Of a stretch of DNA of 25,595 nt, positions 22,469-25,595 are shown in pieces (position 1 is the first letter of the stretch; each line of letters starts with the position of its first letter). Under the pieces are notes generated by a model. The model was given only the letters and a program-made list of their open reading frames with translations, was not told where the DNA came from and ran no database searches. The DNA comes from Geosiphon pyriformis uo1 (lineage: Eukaryota > Fungi > Glomeromycota), in contig JAAOMT010000603.1 in NCBI GenBank assembly GCA_016748015.1, positions 1 to 25,595 of the forward strand. The letters are read 5' to 3'. The position numbers were made by a program, and so were the translations under genes.

Positions 22469-25247
22469 TTGGTAATCGAGGATGCTTTGGAAAAGAACCA
22501 AGAACTCTGGCTTGTTCTGCAGGACATGTGGAAAGCATATGATTCAGTTGGCTGGGAGCATCTTAAGAGAAGTTTGGTCAGGATCAAAATGTGTAGTAAA
22601 TTTGTTTGCTTTTTTGGTAGTATTTATAAAGACCAAACCAACCGTGTCATAACAGATTTTGGTTTGACCAATGATTACTGGGTGTTTGATGAATTGGACT
22701 AAAGAGAAGTTTTTTCCCCTCTGCTGTGGTGCATATTTTATGATCCTCTTTTGTGTAAAGTCAAGTATCAAGAGAATGTGTATGATTATAGACTCAATTC
22801 TCATTTTGTTTCTAGAAGTGGTCGCATTGAGTCTCAAGCTGGACTTTCTTCTTTCTTCACTGTTGGTGCCTTTGTTGATGATACTATTTGGGTTGGTGGC
22901 AGTCAGACTGCTACTCAGCATATTCTCAACATTGCTAGTGAATTTTTTAGAGTCAATGACATTTCAATTAATAATGACAAAACTGTGGTCATTCCAATCA
23001 ATTGCAGGGTCGGTGTTTTGTTTCTTTTTATTAGTAGTTCACTTATTTCAGTTGCCTATAGAGGGGAATCTCATTAGTATCTCAGTATCTTTTTGTTGAC
23101 TAAGGGTTTTTCAAAGCCTAGCTTGGCTAAGGCACATTCGGACATTTGTTTCTTTACTAATTTGATTCTAAAGAAAGCAGTTTCAGATAAGCAATTCTTG
23201 TATCTAGTGTCAGCAGTTCTCCATCCCATAATTGACTACAGAATGCAGTTCAGCTATATTCCTGTTGGTGTGTGCAATAAATAGAATGCTCTGATTTGCA
23301 GGGGCTTGAAGCTAAAAGCTGGTCTTCTGCTGAATTTTCCTAGTAATACTATTTATCATCCTTTCTTTTATGGTTTAAAGTTATTTTCACAGTGTCAATC
23401 TGAGAGTAAAGTGGCTTTGCTTATTAGTTTTGTAAACTTTGGTGGAATTTTGGGGTGTCTGTTTGGTCACAGGTTACATGATTAACAGATTCTGTGTTGG
23501 TGGCCCATTTACCCACTGATCTTTCCTGCTTGTATTCGCGTCAGTGTTTCTAATAATTTCTTGGCTGGTATGATTCACATTCTTTTTGATTGCGATTTGT
23601 TTTTGGGTGGCTCTTTGACCAGTGCTTTTTGGTTTTGTGATGAGGTTCCTATGTCTGTTGTTCTTGGTGAGTCTTTGTTTTTCAAGTTTTTACTTTCTCT
23701 CTGGCATTTTGGCATTGCCTTCGTGAATCAGCTTCATAATCAACATGGTGTTGTTTTTAGCTGGTGCATCTTCAAGCAGTGGAAGAGGCTGGATTTTCAT
23801 GGCCCAGTTCCTGATTGGTTCAGGCCTTTTGTTGCATTTCTTGCGGCTTCTCATTTCTCTTCCGCAGCTTCAGTTGGTGTTGGTTCTCTTAATTTTTGTG
23901 AGTCTGATGATTTTGTGTCCACCCACAATTGTCTTTTCCAGATTAACGTTGATAGTTTGTCAATATATATGGATAATTCTTTGAGGAATTTGGGCACAGT
24001 TGATTGCAGAGCTAGAGCAGCTGTTTTTTTTTGAGGACATTGATTTGGGTGTGGGTGTTGGTGTTCAAGGTTTAGTGTCATCTACTTTGGCAGAGTTATA
24101 GGCTATAGTATTGGCTTTGGAGTGCATGCCTGTGGCTCATTTTGTTAATTTGTTTTCAGATAGTCAAGCAGCTTTAGATGCTTATAAGTCTGAGTTAAGC
24201 CTGGTGTGTCTTGACTTTCGCAATCAATGTTGGGTTAAGTGTCAGCATATTCAGAATGTTATCTATAGTAAGAATTTGAGAGTTAGCTGGCACAAAGTCA
24301 AAGGCCACTCCAGTGTTTCAGGGAATGATTGTGCTGATAGCATCACTGATGCTGCTTTTTTATCTGATTGGTATCTTTCTCCTTGCATGAATGGACACTT
24401 TTTGTTGGCAGATGGTGGTATTGTTTCTGGTAATTCTAAACACTTTGTTTGAGATGTTTGTCATGCAGTTTGTCATGCGTGCTCAGAGGTTGGTTTTGGT
24501 TCTGGATTTTTGGCTAGTAGTTTGTATTCAGATGTTGACTGGCTCAGCTTTTCTAAAGTTTAGCACTCTGATTTGCATATGGCCACCAGTTTTACTAGCA
24601 GGCTCATGGCTGATACTCATACTTATCTTATAAAGGCTTTGTACTGTCAGCTTCCTGTGGCTGTTTGAAGATGCATTTATGATAAATGTTATCCTAGTGT
24701 TCTATGTCTGTATTGTGGTAAGGTAGAGGTTTCTGATCATGTGTTTTCTTGTGTGGTTGATGATTTGGCTCACCATCAGGTTCTGGAATCCTGCATGTCT
24801 TCTTGGAGATCACTTTCTGAGCTTTCTCTTCCCTCTTTGGTTGTGTTACAGTTGATGTCAATCTGTGCTTCAGATTTACTGGTTTTTTCGGCTCTTTACA
24901 AGAGTTTTGTTTTCAATGGTTGGTTTTAGGAGGCTGTTATTGTTTTTCATGACCTCAAGATTGCTGGTATTAAAATTACTGATTTTGTGCACTTTATATG
25001 TTCTGCTTTTAGGAATAATATTTGGTTGGTTTGTGCCAAGCATTGTGCTTTTATGGAAAAGAATGACCTGATCTCAGTGGACGGGTCGTTTGTCATCTCA
25101 GTTTCTGGTTTGGTTTTGAGGTTTTTAGCTGGTGTGGTTAAATTGCTTGGTATTACTGAAGCCTTTGGCATTTTTTTTGGCTTTTGCAAGTCTTGTTCAT
25201 TTTTTTTAGGCATTGGTGACCTGGTGTCTGTTAATATAGTTGTGTAG

Positions 25248-25384
25248 TGTTGTCCTGACTGGCTCGAGTGGCTGGTCACATGTGGTGAAATGCATGATTC
25301 ACACCTAGTTTAGATCATTTCATTGATGTATAGTTCTAGGTGGTGTTTGGACCTCATTCATTAAACATAATAAAAAAAAAAAAA
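25248..25384 (+). other. LINE-B 3' UTR and poly(A) tail
   Basis: Follows the ORF2 stop and is homologous to 4620-4757. Confidence 0.85.
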
Positions 25385-25595
25385 TTTAATTTATAGCAAT
25401 TTACAAACATAATTAATAATTACAATTAACAAAGTTTAATTATTAAAAAACCATAACAATTTGTACAATTATTATTTTAAAACATTGTAATATTAAAACA
25501 TAAAAAAAATTACAAAAAACTTAATGTATTGCTTATAATAAAGGTTTTAGCATTATTATAATGCTATTTTTTTTTATAAAAACTTAAAAACCTGT

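Larger units (their letters stand above)
19471..25247 (+). pseudogene. LINE-B ORF2 (APE-RT-RNaseH-ZnF), split by a solo LTR
   Basis: CNVHG(NVRG), GGDFN, TIDYVF, DTDH; LQDMWKAYDSV, GAFVDDTIW; YMDNS, DSQAA, KVKGHS..GND.AD; CLYC-x7-H-x3-C. One frame after removal of the 1096-bp insertion, apart from a +1 slip in the T-run at 24024-24032. Confidence 0.94.
17540..25382 (+). mobile_element. LINE-B: full-length non-LTR retrotransposon with RNase H, inactivated
   Basis: Pyrimidine-rich 5' end, ORF1, ORF2, 3' UTR and poly(A) (25372-25384). Direct repeat AATTTAATTTA at 17529-17539 and 25383-25393 (TSD). Confidence 0.95.

Noticed and set aside
22394-22702. 102-aa ORF as a novel fusion gene
   Set aside because: It is a chance read-through from the LTR end into the interrupted RT frame and ends at a nonsense codon.
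1-25247. Alternative genetic code (TGA=Trp) or readthrough making the LINE ORFs intact
   Set aside because: Trp positions show both TAG and TGA (the same ELWK codon is TAG at 1538 in LINE-A and TGA at 21067 in LINE-B), and frameshifts exist. These are mutational stops.
694-25279. Antisense and alternate-frame ORFs over the LINEs (e.g. 694-1116, 20659-21003, 22544-22921, 24947-25279) and 16135-16389
   Set aside because: They have no motifs, are not preserved at equivalent extents between LINE-A and LINE-B, and are explained as shadows of biased coding sequence.
25255-25300. Hammerhead ribozyme (CTGA...GAAA) in the LINE 3' UTR
   Set aside because: The CUGANGA core is not matched, and CTGA is absent at the equivalent LINE-A position.

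Overview
The window contains no recognisable host genes; it is a nested graveyard of eukaryotic retroelements. The sequence style recalls Glomeromycotina fungi such as Geosiphon (my recollection, unverified). Two younger, nonsense-riddled LINEs with APE endonuclease, RT, RNase H and Zn-finger domains lie at the ends. LINE-A (1-4757) is cut by the window edge. LINE-B (17540-25382) is full length with ORF1/ORF2, a poly(A) tail and an 11-bp TSD. The apparently featureless AT-rich middle can be decoded by reversing C>T/G>A changes. It holds a minus-strand Ty3/Gypsy element (5' LTR 15104-15998, PBS, gag, protease, an uncharacterised Cys-rich insert, dUTPase, RT, RNase H, integrase with a GPY/F-type tail; 3' LTR not found) and two LINE ORF1 relics. 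Three solo LTRs with exact 4-bp TSDs are inserted at 7941-8874, 11620-12387 and 21377-22468. The most notable points are a dUTPase- and Cys-rich-module-carrying Gypsy pol and pervasive RIP-like transition hypermutation that is not restricted to CpG. All domain calls were made by eye from manual translation; no database searches were run.
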